From assembly GCA_020852715.1 (NCBI GenBank), contig JADZAE010000075.1, forward strand, positions 23,960 through 87,959: a stretch of DNA of 64,000 nt. The letters run 5' to 3'. This DNA is from Deltaproteobacteria bacterium. GTDB lineage: Bacteria > Bdellovibrionota_C > UBA2361 > SZUA-149 > JADZAE01. The notes beneath the pieces are model-generated. The model had not been told where the DNA came from and did not search any database. It worked only from the letters and a program-made list of their open reading frames with translations. Below, in pieces: positions 49,676 to 59,663 of the stretch. The translations under genes were made by a program, and so were the position numbers. Within the stretch, counting starts at the first letter, position 1, and each line of letters opens with the position of its first letter.

Positions 49676-51946
49676 ATGTTTAATCAAGAACTAGAATGGA
49701 CCCTGATTGCGGCAGAACGTGAAGCTCAAAGCCGCGGGCATGAATGCGTATGCGCCGAGCATTTGTTATTTGCGCTGTTACATAACAACGAAGCGCTGGG
49801 TGTATTGGCAGAGTTGAGTGCCGATGTGGATCTATTAAAACAACAGTTGGAAGAGTTTTTTACCACTAAACTAGAGATTCTCCCGCCGCAAAAACAAACT
49901 CAAGTCTACTACAGCATGGGCTACGAACGGATAATAAATCGAGCAATTTTGCACAGCAAATATTCGAACTCAGAGAATATTACTGCCGGGGATATTTTGA
50001 TCGCTCTGCTTAATGAAGCAGAAAGCCATGCTGTGTTTTTTCTACAAGCGCAAGGGATAACGAAGCTCGCAGTGCTAGAAACTATCTCCCATAGAGATTT
50101 GGAAACTCCCGGCTTCAAAAACACGAAAGCTGAGGAAGATAAGGCTACCAACAACAAAGCTAGCACCACTGCGAGCATCGACGATTATTTAACTAACTTG
50201 GTAGCTAAAGCCAAAGAAGGGAAACTAGATCCGCTCATTGGACGCGATGAAGAGATTTCTCGTCTTGTCCATATACTGTGCCGACGAAACAAAAATAATC
50301 CGCTCTTGGTAGGCGATCAAGGCGTTGGAAAAACTGCCGTAGCCGAGGGTCTCGCTATACGCATAGCTGAGAAACAAGTTCCGGAGCGCTTGTTTTTCTC
50401 TCTCATATTTTCACTGGATTTAGGGGCGATTTTAGCAGGCACAAAATATCGTGGCGATTTTGAAGCGCGTATCAAAAAAGTAATCAAGCATTTGGAGCAA
50501 ATTCCTAACGCAATTCTTTTTATTGATGAGATACACACTATCATTGGAGCTGGCTCTACTTCCGGCGGAACTTTAGATGCAGCGAATATGTTAAAGCCCG
50601 TTTTAACTAATGGAGAGATACGGGTTATTGGCAGCACTACTTACGAAGAATACAAAAATCACTTTCAAAAGGATCGTGCTTTGGCCCGACGCTTCTCTAA
50701 AATTGATATCAATGAGCCTTCTGTTTCGGAAACAGTGAAAATTCTTCAAGGATTAAAATCCCGCTTTGAAGAGCATCATCATGTTACTTACCCTGACGCA
50801 GCAATTAGTGCCGCCGCCGAGCTGGCGGCTAAATATATTAATGACAGATTTTTGCCGGACAAAGCCATTGATATAGTTGACGAGGCTGGGGCCGAGGTAA
50901 GCTTGGCGGCTAAAGGTTCTGAAGAGCAGGAAGTAAGCATAGAGCAAATTGAGAAAGTTATTGCAAAAATTGCCAAAATACCAACCAAGACAGTCAGCAC
51001 TTCGGATAAAGAAAAGCTGGTTGTCTTGGAGCAAGAGCTACGCAATGTTATCTTTGGCCAAGACGAAGCCTTAGCCGTCCTCTGCAAAGCAATACGCAGG
51101 TCGCGTTCTGGTTTGGGTAGCGAGGGCAAACCAATTGGCTCATTTTTGTTTGCCGGCCCCACCGGCGTGGGCAAAACCGAAGTGGCCAAACAGTGTGCGA
51201 AAGTTTTGGGATTAGATCTGCTACGCTTTGATATGAGCGAATATATGGAAAAGCATGCGGTCAGCCGCTTAGTGGGAGCTCCTCCCGGATATGTTGGGTA
51301 TGAGCAGGGCGGATTGCTCACGGATGCTATTATCCGAACCCCTTACACAGTGTTACTGTTAGATGAAATCGAAAAGGCTCATCCGGATATTTATAATATT
51401 CTTCTGCAGGTAATGGATCACGCCACGCTTACTGATACAAACGGGCGCAAAGCAGATTTTCGTAATGTAATTATATTTATGACGACCAATGTGGGTTCGG
51501 AAGAAATGTATGGTCAGGCTATCGGTTTTGCTACCGGCGGCACAACGGTGGGTCAGGGAAAAATTGATAAGGCGTTTCGACCGGAGTTTCGCAATCGCTT
51601 AACGGCAATAGTGAAATTTAATCCGCTTTCAACAAAAGTGGTGGAACAAGTAGTCGATAAATTTATTACTGAAATAGATGTCCAGTTGGGGTCTAAAAAT
51701 TCAACCATTTCAATTAGCGGTGCTGCGCGTTCCTGGTTGGCTCAAAATGGATTTAGCAACGAATTTGGAGCTCGTTCGCTATATCGCTTGATTCAGAAAG
51801 AAATCCAAGATCCCTTAGCCGACAGCTTGCTATTTGGGGAGTTGACCCAGGGAGGAAGCGTGTACGTGGATATAGTAGGTGGTAAAATCAACTTAAACTT
51901 TAGTAAAAAATGCGATAACCCCATGCCTACATTAGTAACTACTTGA
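49676..51946 (+). CDS. clpA: ATP-dependent Clp protease ATP-binding subunit ClpA
   Basis: Two AAA+ modules are present (GDQGVGKT, GPTGVGKT), with a Clp N-domain. The clpS-clpA synteny is preserved. Confidence 0.9.
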   Translation: MFNQELEWTLIAAEREAQSRGHECVCAEHLLFALLHNNEALGVLAELSADVDLLKQQLEEFFTTKLEILPPQKQTQVYYSMGYERIINRAILHSKYSNSENITAGDILIALLNEAESHAVFFLQAQGITKLAVLETISHRDLETPGFKNTKAEEDKATNNKASTTASIDDYLTNLVAKAKEGKLDPLIGRDEEISRLVHILCRRNKNNPLLVGDQGVGKTAVAEGLAIRIAEKQVPERLFFSLIFSLDLGAILAGTKYRGDFEARIKKVIKHLEQIPNAILFIDEIHTIIGAGSTSGGTLDAANMLKPVLTNGEIRVIGSTTYEEYKNHFQKDRALARRFSKIDINEPSVSETVKILQGLKSRFEEHHHVTYPDAAISAAAELAAKYINDRFLPDKAIDIVDEAGAEVSLAAKGSEEQEVSIEQIEKVIAKIAKIPTKTVSTSDKEKLVVLEQELRNVIFGQDEALAVLCKAIRRSRSGLGSEGKPIGSFLFAGPTGVGKTEVAKQCAKVLGLDLLRFDMSEYMEKHAVSRLVGAPPGYVGYEQGGLLTDAIIRTPYTVLLLDEIEKAHPDIYNILLQVMDHATLTDTNGRKADFRNVIIFMTTNVGSEEMYGQAIGFATGGTTVGQGKIDKAFRPEFRNRLTAIVKFNPLSTKVVEQVVDKFITEIDVQLGSKNSTISISGAARSWLAQNGFSNEFGARSLYRLIQKEIQDPLADSLLFGELTQGGSVYVDIVGGKINLNFSKKCDNPMPTLVTT

Positions 51947-52119
51947 TATATATAGCAAATAAAAATACTTAATATTGATATAGATTATTAAGTAAACAGC
52001 CAGAAATGCCGAGTTTAGTACTAGGAAATGCGAGAATTAGAAGTTTACTAACGGGAAATAAGGACCAATAGAAAACAGCTACGGTTTTTTATCTGATCCT
52101 TCAAGCAGGGATAAGGCTT

Positions 52120-52938
52120 ATGGCAATTACTATAAACAATAATATTCCTTCGTTACAGGCTAACCGTCAGATCAATAAACAATCTAAAGAAATCGGCGAT
52201 AGCTTTGATAAGTTATCGAGCGGGTTAAGAATCAATAAGGCCTCGGCTGATCCGGCAGGGTTAGCGGTGGCTTTAGATTTATTAGCAACCGCCGACATTA
52301 GCTCTGTGGCCTCACGAAATATCAGTGATGGGGTATCGCTCACCGCTATTGCCGACGGCGCACTTGAGAGCGCCGGAGAAATCACGGGTCGCATGTCCGA
52401 GTTGGCAACGCAAGCCGCTAACGGCACATTAAGTGATGAGCAGCGGACTGCTCTCAACAATGAATATCAGCAGCTAAAAAGTGAACTTGATCGTATCGCG
52501 CAAACAACCGAATTCAACGATCAAAAACTCTTGGCTCAAGATAATACTATCAGTTTACAAGCAGGAACTTCGGGGAATGGCAGCTCTCAAGTAGTTCTCA
52601 GTTTGCCCGGAGTTTCCTCTTCTAGTTTGGGTATGCCAGCCAACATATCTTCGCAGGCTAATGCACAATCGGCGATAGATCAAATCGCTACAGCTAGAGA
52701 TAATATATCCCAAGCAAGGGGGGCAATTGGTGCCTCGGCTAGCCGTTTTGAAACAGCGTATAACAATCTGCAAACTTCGGAAATTAACCAGAGAGAGGCA
52801 GCTAGCCGCATTAGAGACGTCGATGTCGCACAAGAAAGTTCTAATCTGGTAGCCAATCGTATTAGAGAACAGATGTCGGCAGCAATGAGTTCACAAGCCA
52901 ATTTACTGCCAAATCTGGCGCTAAAACTGTTAGGTTAG
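52120..52938 (+). CDS. fliC: Flagellin (short, D0/D1-only type, 272 aa)
   Basis: The N-terminal LSSGLRINKASADPAGLAVA...SRNISDGVSL matches the flagellin N-domain (RINSAKDDAAGQAIA...SRNANDGIS). The C-terminal SRIRDVDVAQESSNLVANRI...SQANLLPNLALKLL matches the flagellin C-domain. Confidence 0.75.
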   Translation: MAITINNNIPSLQANRQINKQSKEIGDSFDKLSSGLRINKASADPAGLAVALDLLATADISSVASRNISDGVSLTAIADGALESAGEITGRMSELATQAANGTLSDEQRTALNNEYQQLKSELDRIAQTTEFNDQKLLAQDNTISLQAGTSGNGSSQVVLSLPGVSSSSLGMPANISSQANAQSAIDQIATARDNISQARGAIGASASRFETAYNNLQTSEINQREAASRIRDVDVAQESSNLVANRIREQMSAAMSSQANLLPNLALKLLG

Positions 52939-53837
52939 CTGTTAAGCGTTGCTAGTTTCTTTGTGCAGATTACTCCATTCCCACTATCGTTATAGTTGAC
53001 GCTGTCGAATATCTTTGAAATAAGCACAATTCCGCGGCCACTAAATTTGCCCTCATTGGCAATTTCCTGTGCCGTAGTTCGGTAAGCACGCCAATTAAAT
53101 CCTTTGCCCGAATCGTGAATAATACAGGTTAGAAGGTCCTCGGCTAATTCTATTTTAACTTTGATAACTTTGTTTTCTCGTTCAGCAATGCGACTTTGCT
53201 CGGTGACAAATTCATCAAATTTTCCCGCCTCGCACAAACTAGTTTTAGTTTCATAATCAATACCTAAATTCCCATGCTCCAGCGAATTGCGCAGTAGCTC
53301 TTGAATACCAAGCTCTATTCTTGCCAGCTCCGATCCGATACAGGCAGAAGTCAAAAAATTAGAAATAATAGCTCCTCCATGCCTAATGGCTTCCACCGAG
53401 CTTTTTAAGACCATTTCTAAATGAGCGCTGTTAAATAAATGAGCATGAAACTTTTTGCTGCTGCGCCGAGCAATTATATTGCAAAAACGAGATACGACGA
53501 GGAACAATTCGTCTTCGCTTATCGGGCGCGGAATAAAATCACTTGCTCCCGCTTTAAGACAATTAATAATTTTTTCATCCTGATATCTACCCGTGACCAC
53601 GATTAAAACTTCGCGATTTTCATAGCATAAGACGCGGATAAAATCCTCAGTAGATAAATTTTGTGGACGGGTATCAACTATTACTATTTGGGGGAATTGC
53701 TTCTTGTAGTAGCTAAGCGCATCAGTAGTGGTAGTGGCGCTCATCACATTACTGCAAGTTCGAGCAAGCACGGCACCGGCTACGGCACTGTCATGAGCAT
53801 CTAAACCAACAATTAAAGCTCTTATTGTTTCATCCAT
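52935..53837 (-). CDS. Atypical receiver domain fused to an RsbW/SpoIIAB-like GHKL serine-kinase (HATPase_c_2) domain
   Basis: The REC-like N-terminus (VIVDTRPQ...) has the conserved Lys replaced by Arg. The C-terminus has the N-box ELLRNSLEHGN, the G1 box DSGKGF and the G2 box GRGIVLI. Confidence 0.6.
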   Translation of the reverse strand: MDETIRALIVGLDAHDSAVAGAVLARTCSNVMSATTTTDALSYYKKQFPQIVIVDTRPQNLSTEDFIRVLCYENREVLIVVTGRYQDEKIINCLKAGASDFIPRPISEDELFLVVSRFCNIIARRSSKKFHAHLFNSAHLEMVLKSSVEAIRHGGAIISNFLTSACIGSELARIELGIQELLRNSLEHGNLGIDYETKTSLCEAGKFDEFVTEQSRIAERENKVIKVKIELAEDLLTCIIHDSGKGFNWRAYRTTAQEIANEGKFSGRGIVLISKIFDSVNYNDSGNGVICTKKLATLNS

Positions 53838-54019
53838 CGCCGCCTCTCTTTTCTAACCGGCAATACCTTTCAATTAGGCTTGTTTGATCATTTAGCCATA
53901 GGTTTAGATGAACATCGGTGCGCAATAGTTTCAACAGCAAATCATCGATTAAATTTCATTTCGTGCTAAGCATAATAATCTATGGATTATTAAAATATGC
54001 CTAGATTTAGAGAAAATGA

Positions 54020-54093
54020 TCGGGGTGAGAGGATTTGAACCTCCGACTCCTTGATCCCAAATCAAGTGCGCTACCAGGCTGCGCTACACCCCG
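54020..54093 (-). tRNA. tRNA-Pro (TGG), no encoded CCA
   Basis: The reverse complement CGGGGTGTAGCGCAGCCTGGTAGCGCACTTGATTTGGGATCAAGGAGTCGGAGGTTCAAATCCTCTCACCCCGA folds as a cloverleaf with anticodon TGG. Confidence 0.85.
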
Positions 54094-54215
54094 TAAATAA
54101 AACTTCAGGCGTCAAAGAAAGCGCCCCTATCTATTCAAAGCTATATAAATTGTCAAATTAACACTGTTTTTATTGGGGAAGATTGGGGATCTTCTGATGG
54201 AAAAGAGATATCAAA

Positions 54216-55397
54216 TCACGACTTAACTAGGGGAAATTTTATCTCAACTATAGTGCCCCCATCCTCTGGAGTATGAAAGTGGATGAATCCATTGTTAAGT
54301 ATTAGGTATTTGCTAACTATCGCTAGCCCCAAACCACATCCTTGCTGCTCTTTGGTTTCTCTATCGATCTGAGTGAACATTCCACATACTTCATTAACTG
54401 CAGAAGCTGATATTCCCTGACCATGATCTCGGATGAATAAAGAGGCATCTTCGGAAGTTGCTTGTATATTTAATTCAATAGAACCTGAGCGACCACCAAA
54501 CTTTAGGGCATTGGATAATAAACGATGAATAACTTCTGATATCTGTGGTTCACATACCATAATATGAAATTTAATACTTTTATCAAAGATTGGCTGGCTG
54601 ATGCGTTGAAAATCTTTAACCGCAATCTCATCTTCAAATGACCTCATCGAACGTTGCAGCAATTCTACAAAATTAATTTCCTTTTTATAGCGCTTAGCAA
54701 CTATCTCTGCATGACCGGAGTCGATTTGTTGAATAGTAATAAAATCTTCAACTAGGTGCTGTAGGCGCTGCCCACCGTGTTGTATTGATTCTATCAAGTC
54801 AAATAATACTTTGCGATCCAACTTATCTAATTGATCACGTAATAACTCAGTGCCGGTATTCACCGCTACGAGCGGTGTCCTAAATTCATGCGATAAAGTG
54901 TGAATAACCCGTTTTCGGAAGCTTTCCATGCGATGATCTAATATGCCATGAAACTCTTCAGATCTTTTTAATTTTCCACGAACTAGGCTTAATAGATCCT
55001 GCGTGTCGAATGGTTTAAACATATACTCATCGATGCCCAATTCCTGCGCTTCCCTTACCTTTTCCGAGTCAGTGACTCCTGTTAAGAAAATGAAGGGGAT
55101 CTGTGCTAATTCGTGGCTCTTCCGCAAAAGCTGATGTAAGGCACCACCATCTTCATTGGGCATTACGATGTCGGATATTATTAGATCAGGAATCATGGAG
55201 TTAAGAATTTGGCGAGCTTCATCAACGCTGGTGGAGGTGACTACTTCATAGCCATGGTGAACCAATATATCCTTGATCACTGAGAGGATAGGAAGATCAT
55301 CATCCACGACAAGAATACGGTAGCTCTTTTTTTGCTCCGCTTGTCCTTGATCACCATTGATTTGAAAACTACTAGGATGCAACTTCTTAACTTCCAA
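54216..55397 (-). CDS. Hybrid sensor kinase: N-terminal receiver + HisKA + HATPase_c, no recognisable sensor domain
   Basis: The REC domain is ILVVDDDLPIL...DLIISDIVMP...KPF. The H-box is LSHEFRTPL, the N-box RLLSNALKFG, and G1/G2 are RDHGQGI/GCGLGLAIV. Confidence 0.8.
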   Translation of the reverse strand: MEVKKLHPSSFQINGDQGQAEQKKSYRILVVDDDLPILSVIKDILVHHGYEVVTSTSVDEARQILNSMIPDLIISDIVMPNEDGGALHQLLRKSHELAQIPFIFLTGVTDSEKVREAQELGIDEYMFKPFDTQDLLSLVRGKLKRSEEFHGILDHRMESFRKRVIHTLSHEFRTPLVAVNTGTELLRDQLDKLDRKVLFDLIESIQHGGQRLQHLVEDFITIQQIDSGHAEIVAKRYKKEINFVELLQRSMRSFEDEIAVKDFQRISQPIFDKSIKFHIMVCEPQISEVIHRLLSNALKFGGRSGSIELNIQATSEDASLFIRDHGQGISASAVNEVCGMFTQIDRETKEQQGCGLGLAIVSKYLILNNGFIHFHTPEDGGTIVEIKFPLVKS

Positions 55398-55662
55398 AAA
55401 CTACGCAAACTTCAAATATACGGACGGAGCCTATAGCTATAGCCGTATAAGATTTATCGACTAAAAAATGTATCCACTTAAGAGAGAAGTTTAAATTAGA
55501 GGTCAAATTACAATTGTTGGCTATTTTTATAACTAGCTGTTATTCCTCAATAAACAGCATTTTATTATTATTTTGGTCATTGTTGGCTTCCTTTAATCAT
55601 ATATTGCTGGTAGCTGAGAAGGCTCGATTAGAGGACTTGAGACGTATTGAATGGGGGAGGAT

Positions 55663-56580
55663 ATGAAGATTGCTGGTGTGTTTCCAGGGCAGGGTTCGCA
55701 GAAAATAGGAATGGGGAAAGAGCTCTTTGAAGAGAGTGGGTTAGCTAAAGAACTGTTCAAGCGAGCAGATAATGCATTGGACTTTTCTTTAAGCTCTCTA
55801 TGTTTTAATGGCCCCGAAGAAACGCTTCGATTAACGGAAAACACGCAGCCTGCCCTACTTGTCGTTTCGTATATAGCTTACAAATTAGCGGAAATTGAAC
55901 TTAGCTGCGCGGCTGGCCATAGCTTAGGAGAGTATTCAGCGCTACTGGCCGCCGATGTGTTCGATTTTGAGGATGCTGTTACTTTAGTCCATAAACGTGG
56001 TCGCTATATGCAGGATGCCGTTCCTCCTGGAGCTGGTAAGATGGTTGCCGTAATGGGTCCAACAGAAGCGCAAATTCGTGGCGTTATTGCTGAAATTTCA
56101 TCGGGCACTGTAGAAATCGCCAATCTTAATTCACCCGGTCAAACCGTCATTGCCGGCGATATCGTAGGCATAGATACTTTTATCAATTTGGCTCCTTCGA
56201 TTAATGCAAAGGTTATTCCGCTAAATGTTAGCGCGCCATTTCACTGCCGCTTGATGCAGCCGGCCGCCGACAAATTAGCCAAGGATCTTGATAAAATCAT
56301 ATTTAGAGATCCTAAATTCCCTGTTTACTCGAATGTCTCAGCAACTATCATTAAGACCGGAGACGAAGCCAGAAAATATCTTAAGGAGCAAGTATGTTCT
56401 TCTGTTCGTTGGACGGATTTATTTGTTAACATGTGCAATGAACAGAGCATCACTCATACCATAGAGTTCGGCCCGAGCGGAGTGCTTACAAAGCTAATCA
56501 AAAGAATCAATGAAAATATTGTTCGTTGCGAAATATCTGATACTCAAACACTTGCTAAAACCAAGCAGGAATTGATCTAA
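55663..56580 (+). CDS. fabD: Malonyl CoA-ACP transacylase
   Basis: FPGQGSQKIGMG and GHSLGEYSAL are FabD signatures. Confidence 0.9.
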   Translation: MKIAGVFPGQGSQKIGMGKELFEESGLAKELFKRADNALDFSLSSLCFNGPEETLRLTENTQPALLVVSYIAYKLAEIELSCAAGHSLGEYSALLAADVFDFEDAVTLVHKRGRYMQDAVPPGAGKMVAVMGPTEAQIRGVIAEISSGTVEIANLNSPGQTVIAGDIVGIDTFINLAPSINAKVIPLNVSAPFHCRLMQPAADKLAKDLDKIIFRDPKFPVYSNVSATIIKTGDEARKYLKEQVCSSVRWTDLFVNMCNEQSITHTIEFGPSGVLTKLIKRINENIVRCEISDTQTLAKTKQELI

Positions 56581-56849
56581 GAGCCACAACGACTAAAGTT
56601 TCACACATCTAAGCCTTCCCAGATCGGGTGAGAAATACTGATTACTATATTAGTAATGGTTTTCTTGTCTTAAATTTACCCCGCAAGGCCTAAGGATGCT
56701 CCCTTGTAAATATTTTAATTCCATTAATTTCAGGTAGATAGCTCGTAAAAATTTTACCGGCCAAGAGTATCCACCTTCTAGCTGATGCCCATAACATGGG
56801 TGCTGCAGCAGGTCATTGATTGGGGGAGGTTCTTTAACTTAATACTTTT

Positions 56850-57425
56850 ATGAAAACCTTATCTAATATTTTATTCGTCGTCGGTTTGGGCTTTGTCTTA
56901 TTATCTTCAACTGAAGTCCAAGCGCAAAGTTCATACAAAAATGCAAAATTGGGACGTCTGCCACGATATGAATGTGATGGTAAACTTTATGCTGAGCCCT
57001 GTAAGCAAAATAAGAAAATGATTCAAAAGAAGCCAGCTCAGCCTAAAGAAAAACGTGAAAAAACCATAGATCCAGACCAAATGACAGAAGACGAAAAACA
57101 AGCACTAGCAATTAGGGAATTTGATGAACAAAGGGCGATGACGACAAAAAAGCGGGCGCTGGTGGCTGGATTTGATGAACATTTGCAGTATTATCAGAAA
57201 ACTTATAACATCCTTCCTCGCGAAGCAAAGGAAGTAAAATCTTACTGCATGGTTCCGCAAGTTACGATTCAGCAGTGCCGGGATAAATTGTCGGATGTTA
57301 AAGTTTTACTGACTGATTATGAGGTGAAGTATCACTTAAATAAGGGCGAGTATTTCCAACCATATGATAAAAAGTGGAAACAATACCGGGAGAAGAAGAA
57401 ACTTTCTCAATCACATACGTTCTAA
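56850..57425 (+). CDS. Secreted Lys-rich protein of unknown function
   Basis: It has a signal peptide (MKTLSNILFVVGLGFVLLSSTEVQA). No homology was recognised. Confidence 0.4.
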   Translation: MKTLSNILFVVGLGFVLLSSTEVQAQSSYKNAKLGRLPRYECDGKLYAEPCKQNKKMIQKKPAQPKEKREKTIDPDQMTEDEKQALAIREFDEQRAMTTKKRALVAGFDEHLQYYQKTYNILPREAKEVKSYCMVPQVTIQQCRDKLSDVKVLLTDYEVKYHLNKGEYFQPYDKKWKQYREKKKLSQSHTF

Positions 57426-58395
57426 TGTTAATGCTTACATTTTTTTTATCGCATTTATTGTTCTTATTGCTCGTATCCCGTTCTGCGCCGCTGAGAATTC
57501 CGTTAATATTGGAGAAATAGCCGATGTTTTTCCCTTCTCTGCTTATCATTTAAGCACTGCCCCAACTACGGCAAGAATAGCAGATCAAGGTAACTTTCGT
57601 CTCTCTCAACAGCTACTTATAAGCAATTCTTATACTAATGAAACACCGAGCTACTTAGTGGACATTGAGCAATACTCCTTGGTTTCCGCAATTAGATACG
57701 GCTATTCGGAAAATCTAGAAGTGGGGGCTAAATTCAATATTGATTGGCAAGGCGGTGGCTTTCTCGATCATAGTGTCAACCAGTGGCATGACTTTTTTGG
57801 ACTACCGCAAGGAGGTAGAGAAAATATCGAAGATAATCAAAACACTGTTTCCTTTCAAAATAAGAATGATGAGATCAGCAATATCGATGCTCATGGGTAT
57901 AGTTTCGGTAAATTATCTTTGGAAGCTAAATATCTACTCTCCGATTTACGGACAAAAAACACAAAAACAACTATTCACTCAATCTTGCTGTTGCCTGTGG
58001 CCAGTGATTATTATCAACAGGATAGTTTTGATATCGCTTTAGGCCCTGTTTTTGAATATCAAGCGAGTAATTTTACTATCACCTCCGGCCTTTATTACAC
58101 TTATATTAATGATACGTTTGAAGATGGTATTAAGTTTAACCAGCATCAGGTTTCTTCATTCGTTAACTTTGATATCCCCCTTTATGAAAACTTATCGTTA
58201 ACAACCTCTCTCTGGAGTGCCTCTTCTAACGTGCAAAATGTGCCCAAATTGCCTGATTACCAAACTTATTTAGATATAGCCTTGAGCTTTCCTATAAGCA
58301 CTACTAATTTTGTCGTTGGATTTCGAGAAAATCCCATTCCTGATGATGGAACAACAGACATCACCTTTTTCCTGCAAATGGCTGAGAATTTGTAA
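57364..58395 (+). CDS. Putative outer-membrane beta-barrel-like protein (start uncertain)
   Basis: The C-terminal region shows an alternating hydrophobic pattern and there is a signal-like segment FIVLIARIPFCAAENS. The ORF overlaps the preceding gene, so the true start is probably a non-ATG codon further in. Confidence 0.3.
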   Translation: MIKSGNNTGRRRNFLNHIRSNVNAYIFFIAFIVLIARIPFCAAENSVNIGEIADVFPFSAYHLSTAPTTARIADQGNFRLSQQLLISNSYTNETPSYLVDIEQYSLVSAIRYGYSENLEVGAKFNIDWQGGGFLDHSVNQWHDFFGLPQGGRENIEDNQNTVSFQNKNDEISNIDAHGYSFGKLSLEAKYLLSDLRTKNTKTTIHSILLLPVASDYYQQDSFDIALGPVFEYQASNFTITSGLYYTYINDTFEDGIKFNQHQVSSFVNFDIPLYENLSLTTSLWSASSNVQNVPKLPDYQTYLDIALSFPISTTNFVVGFRENPIPDDGTTDITFFLQMAENL

Positions 58396-58540
58396 AATAA
58401 AGAGTTTGGTCTTGCTTTAAAAGAAATTATCAACAACGCAGAATCCTCCCGTTTCTTAAAAAACAATGGATTTTGATGACAACTTAGTCTTTGAAAGTTG
58501 AGTATTATTTTTATTTACTATATATATCACGGCCTTAGTG

Positions 58541-58617
58541 CGGGGTGTAGCGCAGCCTGGTAGCGCGTACGGTTCGGGACCGTGAGGTCGGAGGTTCAAA
58601 TCCTCTCACCCCGACCA
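58541..58617 (+). tRNA. tRNA-Pro (CGG), CCA encoded
   Basis: CGGGGTGTAGCGCAGCCTGGTAGCGCGTACGGTTCGGGACCGTGAGGTCGGAGGTTCAAATCCTCTCACCCCGACCA. The backbone is nearly identical to the tRNA-Pro(TGG). Confidence 0.85.
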
Positions 58618-58739
58618 TATTTTATTCTCTGTGTTCACAACAAACGCCAAACGATTCCCTGCTACGCACTGTCAGCTGGGAAATTGTTCAATGGTGAATT
58701 GAATTGTGACACAGCATGGAAGCGCGGGATTAGGTATTT

Positions 58740-59345
58740 ATGTTTCTTCCTTTTGTATTTTTGCTGCTGGCTTTCTTTGTCGGCGCTATTCCTACTGGCT
58801 ATCTCATCGGAAAATATTACAGCATTGATATTAGAAAAGTAGGTAGCGGGAATACGGGCGCAACCAATGTCAAACGAGCATGCGGGAAGAAAGCCGGCCT
58901 TCTGACGTTGATATGTGATATATTAAAAGGCTCTTTTGCTGTTGTAATCCTATCCAATCTTTACGGAAACAGAGTCTCCCTTGCTGATGGTTCTGAATTT
59001 TCAGCATTTATTGGATTAGCCGCTATTTTAGGGCACTGTTTTTCTCCTTTCCTCGGCTTTAAAGGCGGGAAAGGAGTGGCTACTAGTTTAGGAGTCTTTC
59101 TTGTACTAAGCCCCTACTCCGCAGTTATTGCGTTAATTTGTTATGCAGTGGTAAAGAAAGGATTTGGATTTGTTTCCCTTGGCTCGCTAATTTCCGCAAT
59201 CAGTATCCCCGTCGCCAATTATTTATTTATATCTCGTTACGGCCTTAATGTCTTTTGGATATCAGTTATCGCTGCATTACTTATAATTATTCGCCACAAA
59301 GAAAATATTAGGCGTCTTCTTAATAAGGAAGAATTACGCGCCTGA
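58740..59345 (+). CDS. plsY: Glycerol-3-phosphate acyltransferase PlsY
   Basis: GSGNTGATN is the PlsY motif. The multi-TM topology fits. Confidence 0.85.
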   Translation: MFLPFVFLLLAFFVGAIPTGYLIGKYYSIDIRKVGSGNTGATNVKRACGKKAGLLTLICDILKGSFAVVILSNLYGNRVSLADGSEFSAFIGLAAILGHCFSPFLGFKGGKGVATSLGVFLVLSPYSAVIALICYAVVKKGFGFVSLGSLISAISIPVANYLFISRYGLNVFWISVIAALLIIIRHKENIRRLLNKEELRA

Positions 59346-59352
59346 TTCCTTT

Positions 59353-59565
59353 TTAAACTTTCTGCAAGGCATCAGGAACAAAGTGCGATACTGTGCCATT
59401 ATCCCAAAGGACAGTTATTGCTACCCCCGGGGGTTCAGCACCCTCTTGCTTCACTGAGGCACGCACTGTTTCAATTCTCACATTTTGCACTGTGCCCACC
59501 GGCCCATTAACGCCAGGGCGAGTTACCCGGTCCCCTTGTTTAAAAGCAACTTCAATATTTTTCAC
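59353..59565 (-). CDS. DUF2158 (YodC-like) small protein
   Basis: FKQGDRVTRPGVNGPVGTV...VLWDNGTVSHFVPDALQKV matches DUF2158. The GTG start at 59565 is preceded by GGAGGAG. Confidence 0.5.
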   Translation of the reverse strand: MKNIEVAFKQGDRVTRPGVNGPVGTVQNVRIETVRASVKQEGAEPPGVAITVLWDNGTVSHFVPDALQKV

Positions 59566-59663
59566 GTTTATATATCTCCTCCAAAACCCTACTAAGCAGG
59601 GCTTTACATCTGCTAGTGGCAAATACTATCTTAAGACAACTCTAGATAGCAATAAATCAGCTT

